In this document: piece after piece, positions 47,597 through 55,110 of the stretch
Position numbering within the stretch: the first letter of the stretch is position 1
How the letters are laid out: every line of letters begins with the position of its first letter
Assembly: GCA_964230555.1 (NCBI GenBank)
Contig: CAXRIX010000169.1
Location: forward strand, 862-64,861
Length of the DNA stretch: 64,000 nt
From: Bdellovibrionales bacterium
Lineage (GTDB): Bacteria; Bdellovibrionota; Bdellovibrionia; Bdellovibrionales; JAGQZY01
Direction: 5' to 3'
The notes under the pieces: generated by a model
Told to the model about the DNA's origin: nothing
The model's input: the letters and a program-made list of their open reading frames with translations, nothing else
Databases searched by the model: none
Position numbers and translations under genes: made by a program

Positions 47597-49477
47597 CTAA
47601 ATACTGTAGGGGATCGGTATGCCCATGCATTCGCAAGTGGCTTTTAAAAACTCCATTTCATTGGCATTGATTTCACCATCAAATTCAACCGTGCGAAGCA
47701 TGGCCTCGAAAAGCTTTTCTTTATCCTGCGGTTTCAGTTCGGCCAGAATTTGTAAAAGATCACGAAAGCTACGAAGTGACATTTGATGGACTTCGTTGGC
47801 AAAAGACACATTAAGACCTAAAGTCTTCATGGTCTCAGTAAAGACCCAGCGGGCTTTGTTGGTATTTTCGTTGCCGTGTAGACAAAGAGCCGAAATTAAA
47901 TAACCCACCGATTGCTGGCTTTGCACTAAGCTTCGGTTGTTTCGTTCGGCTCGAAAAGAATTTTCGATCAGGTGCATTTCAATAAGGAAGTAAAGTGAAA
48001 CCTCGTTAAGGTCGACCTCCGAGTCAGCTTTCACCATGTATTCGCAGGTTTTCAAAAATATTTGCTTTTCCGGCAACTCCATTTCTCGCAGGATGGGAAT
48101 GCAGTGGTGAAGGGCAGGGAGTACGTTTTTTCTTTCCATTCGTAGCAATTCCAGTCGTCGCTGTGAAAACTCAGCGACCAATTCATCACTTCGATAGGTT
48201 TCGACAACGGCGTGGCCTTCACTGGAATCACCGGAAAGATTCAAAAGGGCGAGAGCGATCGCTTGAGCTTGCAAAGTTTCAGAGCGATTTTCGGAGATCT
48301 CAGGCAACAGTGAGTTCATCATCACACTGACAGATGCTAAGTTTTCGGGGGTGGGTTCACCGATAGCATTGATGACATCTTTTGCGGAAATATTCTTTTT
48401 TGGGGTGGGTTTTTGAATTTCTGAGACCTCTGGTTTATGTAAAACAGTTTTTAAAAAGCCGGGCTCTAAAAAACGTTTATCGATACGAGCAATCCGCTCT
48501 TTCAGTGGAGGGTGAGTGGCATTCAATGAAAAAGCGGAGGCTTTCAAGGGGTTTTCAAAGCACATATGACTGACTTCTTCGGCGCCGGCAAAATTCAAAA
48601 CCGATGAATTCTGGCCAATTTTTGCAAGTGCTCCAGCAATTCCCGCTGGATACCGGGTGAACTGAACAGCACTGGCGTCGGCTAAGAATTCTCGCTGGCG
48701 AGACACTGCTGAACGAATCATCCGACCGACAAAGACACCCACGGATCCAACAATCCACAGGCTCAAGCCGACAAACAAAATCAAAAACAGAGCACCCCCG
48801 GAGTCTCTGCTCGAGCGGGAGCGCGAGCGTCCCACCATTCGAAACACCGTTCGACCCATAACCCCTATTGTGACAAGTCCCGCTAAATAGCCCAATAACT
48901 GAACGTTTAAACGTGTGTCACCATTGAGAATGTGACTGATCTCGTGGGCCACCACTCCTTGCAATTCATCACGAGTTAAATTTTCGAGACAGCCTTGTGA
49001 TACAGCGATGACTGATGTCTGTGGAGTCAACCCTGCAGCAAAAGCGTTGATGGATTTTTCAGAGGTCAATATATAGAGAGGTGGGGGTGTCATCCCAGCG
49101 GCAATCGCCATCTCTTCAACAACATTTAAAGCCCGCTTAACATGAGGTTTGTGCTTGATAAGGTGAGCTTCGGTTCCCCCCATATAACGAGCGATACCGC
49201 GTCCTTTACCTCCCAGTTGAATTTTTTTAAATAAAGCGCTGAGGAGAATGACCAAAAGAGTGGCGCCGGTAATCGCCAAATAGAGATCATAGTCCTTGCT
49301 TGGAGGAGCCTCGAAAATCGGCTTGATTCCGCGATTGGAATCGGCCTTAATCAGTTCGATCACAACCCAGCCGACGAAATTGGTCATAAATACAATGCCT
49401 ACAACCGCTATAAAAAATAGAAACACTAAGTAAGATGTGTTTTTTTTCGCCTGCCTTTGATGTTCAAAGAAATTCAT
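47597..49477 (-). CDS. M48 family (HtpX-like) membrane metallopeptidase with a long C-terminal extension
   Basis: TM helices flank the HEISHILNGD (HExxH) motif. The ~270-aa helical C-terminal region ends DGEINANEMEFLKATCECMGIP, which is TerB-like by eye. Confidence 0.8.
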   Translation of the reverse strand: MNFFEHQRQAKKNTSYLVFLFFIAVVGIVFMTNFVGWVVIELIKADSNRGIKPIFEAPPSKDYDLYLAITGATLLVILLSALFKKIQLGGKGRGIARYMGGTEAHLIKHKPHVKRALNVVEEMAIAAGMTPPPLYILTSEKSINAFAAGLTPQTSVIAVSQGCLENLTRDELQGVVAHEISHILNGDTRLNVQLLGYLAGLVTIGVMGRTVFRMVGRSRSRSSRDSGGALFLILFVGLSLWIVGSVGVFVGRMIRSAVSRQREFLADASAVQFTRYPAGIAGALAKIGQNSSVLNFAGAEEVSHMCFENPLKASAFSLNATHPPLKERIARIDKRFLEPGFLKTVLHKPEVSEIQKPTPKKNISAKDVINAIGEPTPENLASVSVMMNSLLPEISENRSETLQAQAIALALLNLSGDSSEGHAVVETYRSDELVAEFSQRRLELLRMERKNVLPALHHCIPILREMELPEKQIFLKTCEYMVKADSEVDLNEVSLYFLIEMHLIENSFRAERNNRSLVQSQQSVGYLISALCLHGNENTNKARWVFTETMKTLGLNVSFANEVHQMSLRSFRDLLQILAELKPQDKEKLFEAMLRTVEFDGEINANEMEFLKATCECMGIPIPYSI

Positions 49478-49480
49478 TGT

Positions 49481-50065
49481 CTAGAATTGCACCTTAATGG
49501 GCTCTTTAATGGCCGCGTTTTCTATTTCAAAAGGATAAGCGGGGTTGAATCCAAAACTGCCTGCAATAAGGCTGTTAGGAAAAGATTCACGAGCATTGTT
49601 GTAATGCATGACGCTGTCATTAAACGATTGCCGTGCATAGGAAATCTTATTTTCGGTGCTGCTTAACTCCTCCATAAGGTCTTTCATCACACCATCGGCT
49701 TTTAAATCAGGATAGTTTTCAAACAATAGCATCATTTTACCCATGTTTTGTGCCAAGCGCCCCTCAGCCTGATTTAACTCGCCAACGGCTTTGGTGTTTG
49801 CTGGATTTTTCGAGACATCCTGTGCCGCCGACTGAGCTTGGTTACGTGCTTGTATGACAGCTTCAAAGGTTTCCTTTTCATGAGACATAAACTTTTTAGC
49901 TGTTTCAACAAGATTAGGTATAAGATCGTAACGTCTTTGCAGCTGGACATCGATTTGCGCGAATGCATTTTTAAATGCGTTTCGTAAACGTACCAAGTTG
50001 TTATAAATACCAATTATAAAAAAAGCGATCAAAACAGTGATCCCTAATCCGATCCATAGGCCCAC
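49481..50065 (-). CDS. lemA: LemA family protein
   Basis: N-terminal TM helix, then YNNLVRLRNAFKNAFAQIDVQLQRRYDLIPNLVETAK...ENYPDLKA. Its stop lies 3 nt upstream of the M48 gene start. Confidence 0.9.
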   Translation of the reverse strand: MGLWIGLGITVLIAFFIIGIYNNLVRLRNAFKNAFAQIDVQLQRRYDLIPNLVETAKKFMSHEKETFEAVIQARNQAQSAAQDVSKNPANTKAVGELNQAEGRLAQNMGKMMLLFENYPDLKADGVMKDLMEELSSTENKISYARQSFNDSVMHYNNARESFPNSLIAGSFGFNPAYPFEIENAAIKEPIKVQF

Positions 50066-50224
50066 GGGCAGTCTCCTTTTTGGGGTTAAAATAGAAGGTT
50101 ACCACAACCAAACTGAAGTCGAAATCAAAAGGGTTTTAAACGGGATTGTGTCATCGAGATTTTCCTCTCGCTGACCAAGACGGTGATTTTAATGGATATA
50201 GGAATGAACTTTTGTCGAGAAAAT

Positions 50225-50244
50225 GCCCCGTCGGGTGACGAGGC
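50225..50244 (-). terminator. Rho-independent terminator candidate downstream of the OmpA-family gene
   Basis: The minus strand reads GCCTCGTC-ACCC-GACGGGGC (8-bp stem including one G-U pair), followed by ATTTTCT. Confidence 0.5.
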
Positions 50245-50262
50245 TTGCATAAAAACTAACGA

Positions 50263-51582
50263 TTATTGAGTTGAAACCACAAGATCAACACGACGGTTGG
50301 TGCGACGGCCCTTTTTGGTGTTGTTACTCACGAGAGGTTGGTTTTCTCCAAAACCTTTTGTTGTGAGTTCATAATTCGGATTGTTGGTCGCCATTAAAGC
50401 TGAAACGGCCTCTGCTCGCTTCATAGACAGCTTTTTGTTCATTTCACTGCTGCCTTGCGAGTCTGTATGCCCTTGAATTTCGACACTTTTAGGGTCGAGA
50501 CCTTTCAGAGTGCTCTGAATGTTGGTGATCAACTGTTTGGCGTCATTAGGGATTTTAGCTGAACCGACTGGGAAGTCGATGTTCTTCAAACGAATGATCA
50601 TTTTCTCACCCTGCACATAAGCTTCGGCTTGTGACTCAGGAATCTTTTTTCTAATTTTTTCCATTGTCTGTTCGTAAGCCAACTTTTCTTTAGTCGACAA
50701 TAGAGTCTTTGAGGTGTCGATTAAATTGGATCGAGTCTCTTTAAGATTCCCTTCCACAGTGTTCAGAGTACTGGATAGCTTTCCGATTTTCCGATCGTTA
50801 AACACGAGTTGTCTAGCCACATGTTCTGGTGATCCTTTGGCCGGACCTGTTAATTTATTCATGACATCCTTTAACAACTTGGCAGATCGGTTGGCTTCCA
50901 TCACTTGTTCTTTGTAATTACTTGGATCGCGGGGATTGTGCTGAATTTGATTAACAGCGCTGGCCAAATCGGTGCGGGCATCCTTTAATGTGTTGGAGGC
51001 GAGGTCTTCAGCATCTTGAGACACTGCACTTTCAATCACGCTTTCAATCTGACCGGTCTCGCGAGCCACCACGGCTGAGGTTTCCAGTTTGTTGTATCGA
51101 GTTTGAAAAGTTGAACTCTCATCAACAGACAGTTCGTCTGTGAACGTATCGGTTTCATCGCGATAGTCGTGGTCAATCTCTGACAGCTTTTCATTAAGCT
51201 CAGTCGTCGGTAACCCGTTGCTGATGGCTTGTTTTCGAGCCGTAAGAATTGAGGAGTTAACTCGTCCTTTACGAGACATCGCCTTTTTCTCGGCTTCGAG
51301 AAAATGCGCTTTGGCCATGCCCAAGCTCTCCATCACTTCCTCTTTCTCATCGCCTTCTTTCATATCTTCTCGGGCCTCTTGCAAGTCTTCAGTCCCTGCG
51401 TTGAACTCTTCATGAGCCAGGAAATCGACCTGTTTGGATTGAAGTTTCCCGGCGAGGTTGGCGACCTCCTGAGCCGCATCACCCATTGAACGACTTTCAA
51501 GGGGCGCTTTTTCCACCGTGGTACATTGGGTGCCGAGAAGCACGAGACTGGCAAACACACTTAAGCGTAAAAACTTATTCAT
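50263..51582 (-). CDS. OmpA-family lipoprotein with a long helical N-terminal region
   Basis: Lipobox LLGTQC. The C-terminal OmpA-like domain reads VEIQGHTDSQGSSEMNKKLSMKRAEAV...NRRVDLVV. An AGGAG RBS is present. Confidence 0.85.
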   Translation of the reverse strand: MNKFLRLSVFASLVLLGTQCTTVEKAPLESRSMGDAAQEVANLAGKLQSKQVDFLAHEEFNAGTEDLQEAREDMKEGDEKEEVMESLGMAKAHFLEAEKKAMSRKGRVNSSILTARKQAISNGLPTTELNEKLSEIDHDYRDETDTFTDELSVDESSTFQTRYNKLETSAVVARETGQIESVIESAVSQDAEDLASNTLKDARTDLASAVNQIQHNPRDPSNYKEQVMEANRSAKLLKDVMNKLTGPAKGSPEHVARQLVFNDRKIGKLSSTLNTVEGNLKETRSNLIDTSKTLLSTKEKLAYEQTMEKIRKKIPESQAEAYVQGEKMIIRLKNIDFPVGSAKIPNDAKQLITNIQSTLKGLDPKSVEIQGHTDSQGSSEMNKKLSMKRAEAVSALMATNNPNYELTTKGFGENQPLVSNNTKKGRRTNRRVDLVVSTQ

Positions 51583-51688
51583 TTATTCTCCTTAACGTTT
51601 TTCTGAATTTTAAAGCTTTATCTTTTCATAAGTTGTTGCTTGTGTGCTGGTTGAAGCTTGAAAAGCTTGTGTAGAATATTAAACAAAC

Positions 51689-51830
51689 CGGGCTCCTGGC
51701 TCGCAATTACTCATGGGCGTCCAAACCTCCTCCTTCCCCTTTTCAAGAACGGGCTCCTTACTCGCTAATTTTCATGGGCGCCCAAACCTCCTCCTTCCCC
51801 TTTTCAAGAACGGGCTCCTGCCCTCGCCAG
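51689..51830. repeat. 61-bp tandem direct repeat, 2 full copies plus a partial third
   Basis: Copies at 51689..51749 and 51750..51810 differ at about 7 positions in their first halves. Both share the identical 29-nt end CCAAACCTCCTCCTTCCCCTTTTCAAGAA. A third copy starts at 51811 and diverges after CGGGCTCCTG. Confidence 0.9.
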
Positions 51831-51900
51831 TATTTCACCCTTCGGGTGAAAACGCTTCACGCTTACTGGAGTCTTGAAAAGGGGAAGCAGGAGGTTTTGG
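51782..51900. repeat. Inverted copy of the repeat core, forming a long imperfect hairpin
   Basis: 51872..51900 (TCTTGAAAAGGGGAAGCAGGAGGTTTTGG) is the reverse complement of 51782..51809 with one mismatch and one bulge. Inner stems are CCAGTA/TACTGG (51827-32 / 51864-69) and TTTCACCC/GGGTGAAA (51833-40 / 51844-51). Confidence 0.8.
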
Positions 51901-51945
51901 CTTTTCATGAATATTTGCATCGCTTTTTTATTTCAGTATTCAGTG

Positions 51946-52018
51946 TTCTGAGTTCTGAGTTCTGAGTTCTGAGTTCTGAGTTCTGAGTTCTGAGTTCTGA
52001 GTTCTGAGTTCTGAGTTC
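51946..52018. repeat. Heptanucleotide microsatellite (TTCTGAG)x10 plus a partial unit
   Basis: Ten perfect consecutive 7-nt units were counted directly from 51946 to 52015, followed by TTC. Confidence 0.95.
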
Positions 52019-52026
52019 AGTGGTCT

Positions 52027-52054
52027 GAGTTTGGGTGGTTGAGTTTGGGTGGTT
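52027..52054. repeat. 14-bp tandem repeat (GAGTTTGGGTGGTT)x2 plus a partial unit
   Basis: Units at 52027..52040 and 52041..52054 are identical, followed by GAGTTTGATTTTG. This continues the GAGTT periodicity of the heptamer tract. Confidence 0.85.
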
Positions 52055-52173
52055 GAGTTTGATTTTGTTAGAAAGATTACAAAGACCAGGTTAATTTTTC
52101 AATGTTTAAGAATCTACAGAATAGGACAACAATTTGGCGATTTTAAGTCTTCGGTTTCTTAGTACTTAACATC

Positions 52174-52929
52174 ATGCTTACTTTTAAAAATCCAAACCAG
52201 TCTCTTTTGTTAGTTTTAATGTCCTTTTCCCTAGTCGCTTTCGACGCTGAAGCCACGGTGTCTGATTATGACTATCTGCGGGTGCAGATCAATCAACTGA
52301 AATCGGAAACCTCTGGAGGTGATGAAGCGATTAATAATAATGAGGCTGATGACACTGAAGCCGATGATGTTGAGAAAAACCGACTTGAATCATTTGATGA
52401 GATCCGGGCTTTCTTTTCTGACGATCCCATCTTTGTGAGTCATTGCTATCAAGGTCCTGATTCTGGAAAAAGTGATATTGAAGTGTTGCAGTATATTCCT
52501 GAAAATTCTTTTTACCGAAAAATCACCTTTCAATTGTATGAGTTGCGCTTTGGATTTGAATTGATGGCAACAATCGAGATGGCGTCAGAGGGGCCCTTTT
52601 TCCAAAGCTATCAGCAAACTGTCGATTGCACCCCAAGTGAAGTGGGGTGTCGAAGTTTGAGAGTGAGTCCCGAAGAAATTTCGGCAACGGACAATTCAGA
52701 AGATGAAGAGGAAATAACCAAAAATGAAGATTGGGTTTTTTATCTGTCTACTGAGGGCGACCTTTATGCAGAAGCCTCTTTTTCAATGTCGAAAAAGGAA
52801 CGCAATTGGATCGGCGCTCCCGTCGGCACCAAAAACATTTCTCAAAATGCCTATTGCTATTTAGAGCCGACAGCAAATGACGAGTTGCCGCTGTTTACCG
52901 GTGATTCAAAACAAAATGATCTTAATTAA
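52174..52929 (+). CDS. Hypothetical acidic secreted protein
   Basis: Signal peptide (LLLVLMSFSLVAFDAEA), D/E-rich segments and several Cys residues. No recognisable family motif and no obvious SD. Confidence 0.55.
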   Translation: MLTFKNPNQSLLLVLMSFSLVAFDAEATVSDYDYLRVQINQLKSETSGGDEAINNNEADDTEADDVEKNRLESFDEIRAFFSDDPIFVSHCYQGPDSGKSDIEVLQYIPENSFYRKITFQLYELRFGFELMATIEMASEGPFFQSYQQTVDCTPSEVGCRSLRVSPEEISATDNSEDEEEITKNEDWVFYLSTEGDLYAEASFSMSKKERNWIGAPVGTKNISQNAYCYLEPTANDELPLFTGDSKQNDLN

Positions 52930-52934
52930 AAAGA

Positions 52935-53021
52935 TGGTACCGACGGCGAGACTCGAACTCGCACAGTATTGCTACCGGGGGATTTTGAATCCCCTGCGTC
53001 TACCAATTCCGCCACGTCGGC
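52935..53021 (-). tRNA. tRNA-Leu (anticodon CAA)
   Basis: The reverse complement folds as a cloverleaf. The acceptor stem is GCCGACG/CGTCGGT, and the D-arm is GCG-GAATTGGTAGA-CGC. The anticodon stem is GGGGA/TCCCC with loop TTCAAAA. It has a 15-nt variable arm, T-arm GCGAG-TTCGAGT-CTCGC, discriminator A and an encoded CCA. Length 87 nt. Confidence 0.9.
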
Positions 53022-53308
53022 CCAGTACCAGAGGTTTTGCCAAGCGGCAGCCTCGGTCATCCTTGGCTTAGGATGAATTTGGGAAATTAAAAGAATTCTT
53101 GAGGAGATACAAGAAGATTTTCAGGCTCTCAGGCGTCGACCCTCAAATTGTCGACCGTGAAGAACAGCTATTTTCTGCCACTTCAATGGACCTGCCCTTA
53201 ATTTCAGCAGGCTGAGCCTGGGGCCGCACAGCCTTTCTGGCGGCAGAGCCCTGGGCGAAGGTCGGGGCTGGAGTTTTGTTTGAGACTCGGTCACCTTAAG
53301 ATAAGGAG

Positions 53309-53920
53309 ATGTGGAAACCACTTCTCTTTCTTTTTTGTTTATCAGTTCCCGGTTTCGGGCAATGTAAAATTCTTATTGCCACTGTCGCTCAGGTTAAAAA
53401 CCATGTGATCACCTCTCGCGAAGCGGCGATCCACAAAGCTGTCGAAAAAGCACTCGGTCACGCTATTCAAGATAGCACTGATGAAGGTGCCATCGAGGAT
53501 GTGATCCGTGAGTGGTTGCTCTATCTTGAGGCTTCGACATTTTACAATTCACAAATTTCCCAGTCTCGGATTGATGACAAGTGGAAGACGGCCAAAGACA
53601 AGTTGGCCCAGCAAGAGGGCTGGCAAAGCCTGGCGGTCTCCGGAACCGAATTAAAAGAAAAAATTCGACGACGTCTGGAAGCCAACCGCATTTACACTTT
53701 CAAAAAGAAGGCCTCGGTTTTGCCGGTGAGTTTAAGTGAAATCGAGACCGAGTATTCGCAAAATCGTATTCGCTACGGCAATGAAAGTTTTGACGACGTA
53801 AAAGAGAAAATCCGCAAAAACAAAGTTGAGAAAAATCTGCAAACACGAATGCAGCAATGGTTTTCTGTCCTCGAGCGGAAGTACAAAGTCCAACGTTTCT
53901 CCAAGTTTAGTGAGATTTAA
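53309..53920 (+). CDS. Hypothetical periplasmic protein (SurA N-terminal-domain-like, tentative)
   Basis: Signal peptide, then a helical protein beginning ATVAQVKNHVITSREAAIHKAV. An AAGGAGA RBS is present. Confidence 0.45.
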   Translation: MWKPLLFLFCLSVPGFGQCKILIATVAQVKNHVITSREAAIHKAVEKALGHAIQDSTDEGAIEDVIREWLLYLEASTFYNSQISQSRIDDKWKTAKDKLAQQEGWQSLAVSGTELKEKIRRRLEANRIYTFKKKASVLPVSLSEIETEYSQNRIRYGNESFDDVKEKIRKNKVEKNLQTRMQQWFSVLERKYKVQRFSKFSEI

Positions 53921-53923
53921 GCC

Positions 53924-54355
53924 ATGGCTTTGCAGGTGATCGAAGACCACAGTCGACAAACCTTGGGTTTTTCTGGGTGGCCAGCAACATCCGGCTGGAG
54001 CCTTCAGCAGACATTGGATCATATGCAGTCCCAGCCTTTTATTGCATGGGCTGACAACCAACAAGTTGCAGCATTGATTCTCTACCGGCACATCGATTCG
54101 ATTATTGAAGTGAACTTTTTACTAACCTTGCCGGCTTTCCGTCGGATGGGCTTGATGCAATCGTTGTTCGAAATCTTGATTGAAAAAAAATCCCTTTGTA
54201 CTTTTTGGCTGGAGGTCAATGCCAACAATCCGGGGGCCCGTCAGCTTTACGTAAAATTAGGCTTTAAAAACAATGGTTTACGTAAGAATTATTATCGCGA
54301 TGGGGGTGACGGTCTGCTTCTGGAGCGGTCTCCCAAAACTTTGGGCGCATCTTAA
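53924..54355 (+). CDS. rimI: GNAT family N-acetyltransferase, RimI-like
   Basis: Acetyl-CoA motif region PAFRRMGLMQSLFEIL and WLEVNANNPGARQLYVKLGF, 143 aa. Confidence 0.6.
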   Translation: MALQVIEDHSRQTLGFSGWPATSGWSLQQTLDHMQSQPFIAWADNQQVAALILYRHIDSIIEVNFLLTLPAFRRMGLMQSLFEILIEKKSLCTFWLEVNANNPGARQLYVKLGFKNNGLRKNYYRDGGDGLLLERSPKTLGAS

Positions 54356-54443
54356 AAAGCCTTTTTATTTTAATAGTTTATATTTGGCAAAAGGACCTAA
54401 TTTCACTTGCGTTGGCCAGCTCCCTCTGCTAAATTGTCCAACA

Positions 54444-54470
54444 AATAGGCCCAGTGGGCCTATTTTTTTT
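54444..54470 (+). terminator. Rho-independent terminator downstream of the rimI-like gene
   Basis: AATAGGCCC-AGT-GGGCCTATT is a perfect 9-bp stem that runs into a T8 tract. Confidence 0.8.
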
Positions 54471-54549
54471 ATTACAGCCACAGGGCACGTATTGTGGGTT
54501 TGTTGCCGAACTCAGACTAAGTGAACTATAAAACTTGAATAGGGAATCG

Positions 54550-55107
54550 ATGGCAGAAGAGCTCGAAAAGTTAAAAGAGCATGCAGAGCAAATCGCTCAG
54601 CGAGAGAATTGCTTTCTTTATGACTTAGAATTAACGGGCAAAGGCCAAGGAAGAATTCTGCGGGTTTTTATAGATAAAGATGGTGAAGAAGGCGTTTCAA
54701 TTGACGACTGTTCACGGGTATCGCGAGGCCTCGATCTGGTCTTGGATGTAGAAGACCTGGTACCTGGAGGCGCTTACAACCTGGAAGTTTCTTCACCGGG
54801 ACTCGAAAGACGCCTGACTCAACCCTGGCATTTTGAAAAAGCGGTTGGTCAAAAAGCGCAGCTTCAACTGAATAAAGGTTTGGGCGAGTTTGTCGAGTCT
54901 CGATCATCTAAGAAAGATGAAAAACGAAAGAAGTTAACGGTTCTCATACACGAGGCCAAAGAAGATAAAATCGTGGTTAGTATGGATGATGCCGCAACGA
55001 AGGAAGAGACTTTTTCAGTTCCACTTCAATATATTCACAAGGCAAAAGTGATTTATTCCTTCGAAAATAATTTTAGCAACAAGAAGCCAAAAGGCAGAAA
55101 GGGTTAA
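54550..55107 (+). CDS. rimP: Ribosome maturation factor RimP
   Basis: [21 protein letters not shown]...........[14 protein letters not shown]. Start set at ATG 54550; the tracked TTG at 54535 is the alternative. Confidence 0.85.
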   Translation: MAEELEKLKEHAEQIAQRENCFLYDLELTGKGQGRILRVFIDKDGEEGVSIDDCSRVSRGLDLVLDVEDLVPGGAYNLEVSSPGLERRLTQPWHFEKAVGQKAQLQLNKGLGEFVESRSSKKDEKRKKLTVLIHEAKEDKIVVSMDDAATKEETFSVPLQYIHKAKVIYSFENNFSNKKPKGRKG

Positions 55108-55110
55108 GCC

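Noticed and set aside
51689-51830. 61-bp direct repeats as a CRISPR array
   Set aside because: The repeats are directly abutting with no spacers and there are only about 2.3 copies. The repeat length is atypical and no cas genes are in the window.
51774-51965. 63-aa ORF spanning the repeat/hairpin region
   Set aside because: It is generated by the repeat sequence itself, runs through the inverted repeat and stops in the first heptamer unit. It has no RBS and no protein-like composition.
53270-53310. GGGGCTGGAG... as a possible tmRNA 5' end
   Set aside because: The conserved tmRNA acceptor/tRNA-like continuation is absent. A ~350-nt tmRNA would also run through a well-formed protein-coding gene.
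53121-53321. 66-aa minus-strand ORF between tRNA-Leu and the 53309 gene
   Set aside because: It is Pro/Arg/Leu-rich, consistent with translation of a GC-rich non-coding stretch. It overlaps the start and RBS of the 53309 gene and has no RBS of its own.
54503-54532. TTGCCG-18 nt-TATAAA as the rimP promoter
   Set aside because: The -10 element would lie only ~17 nt from the rimP ATG, leaving no room for a leader with an RBS. The support is too weak to list.
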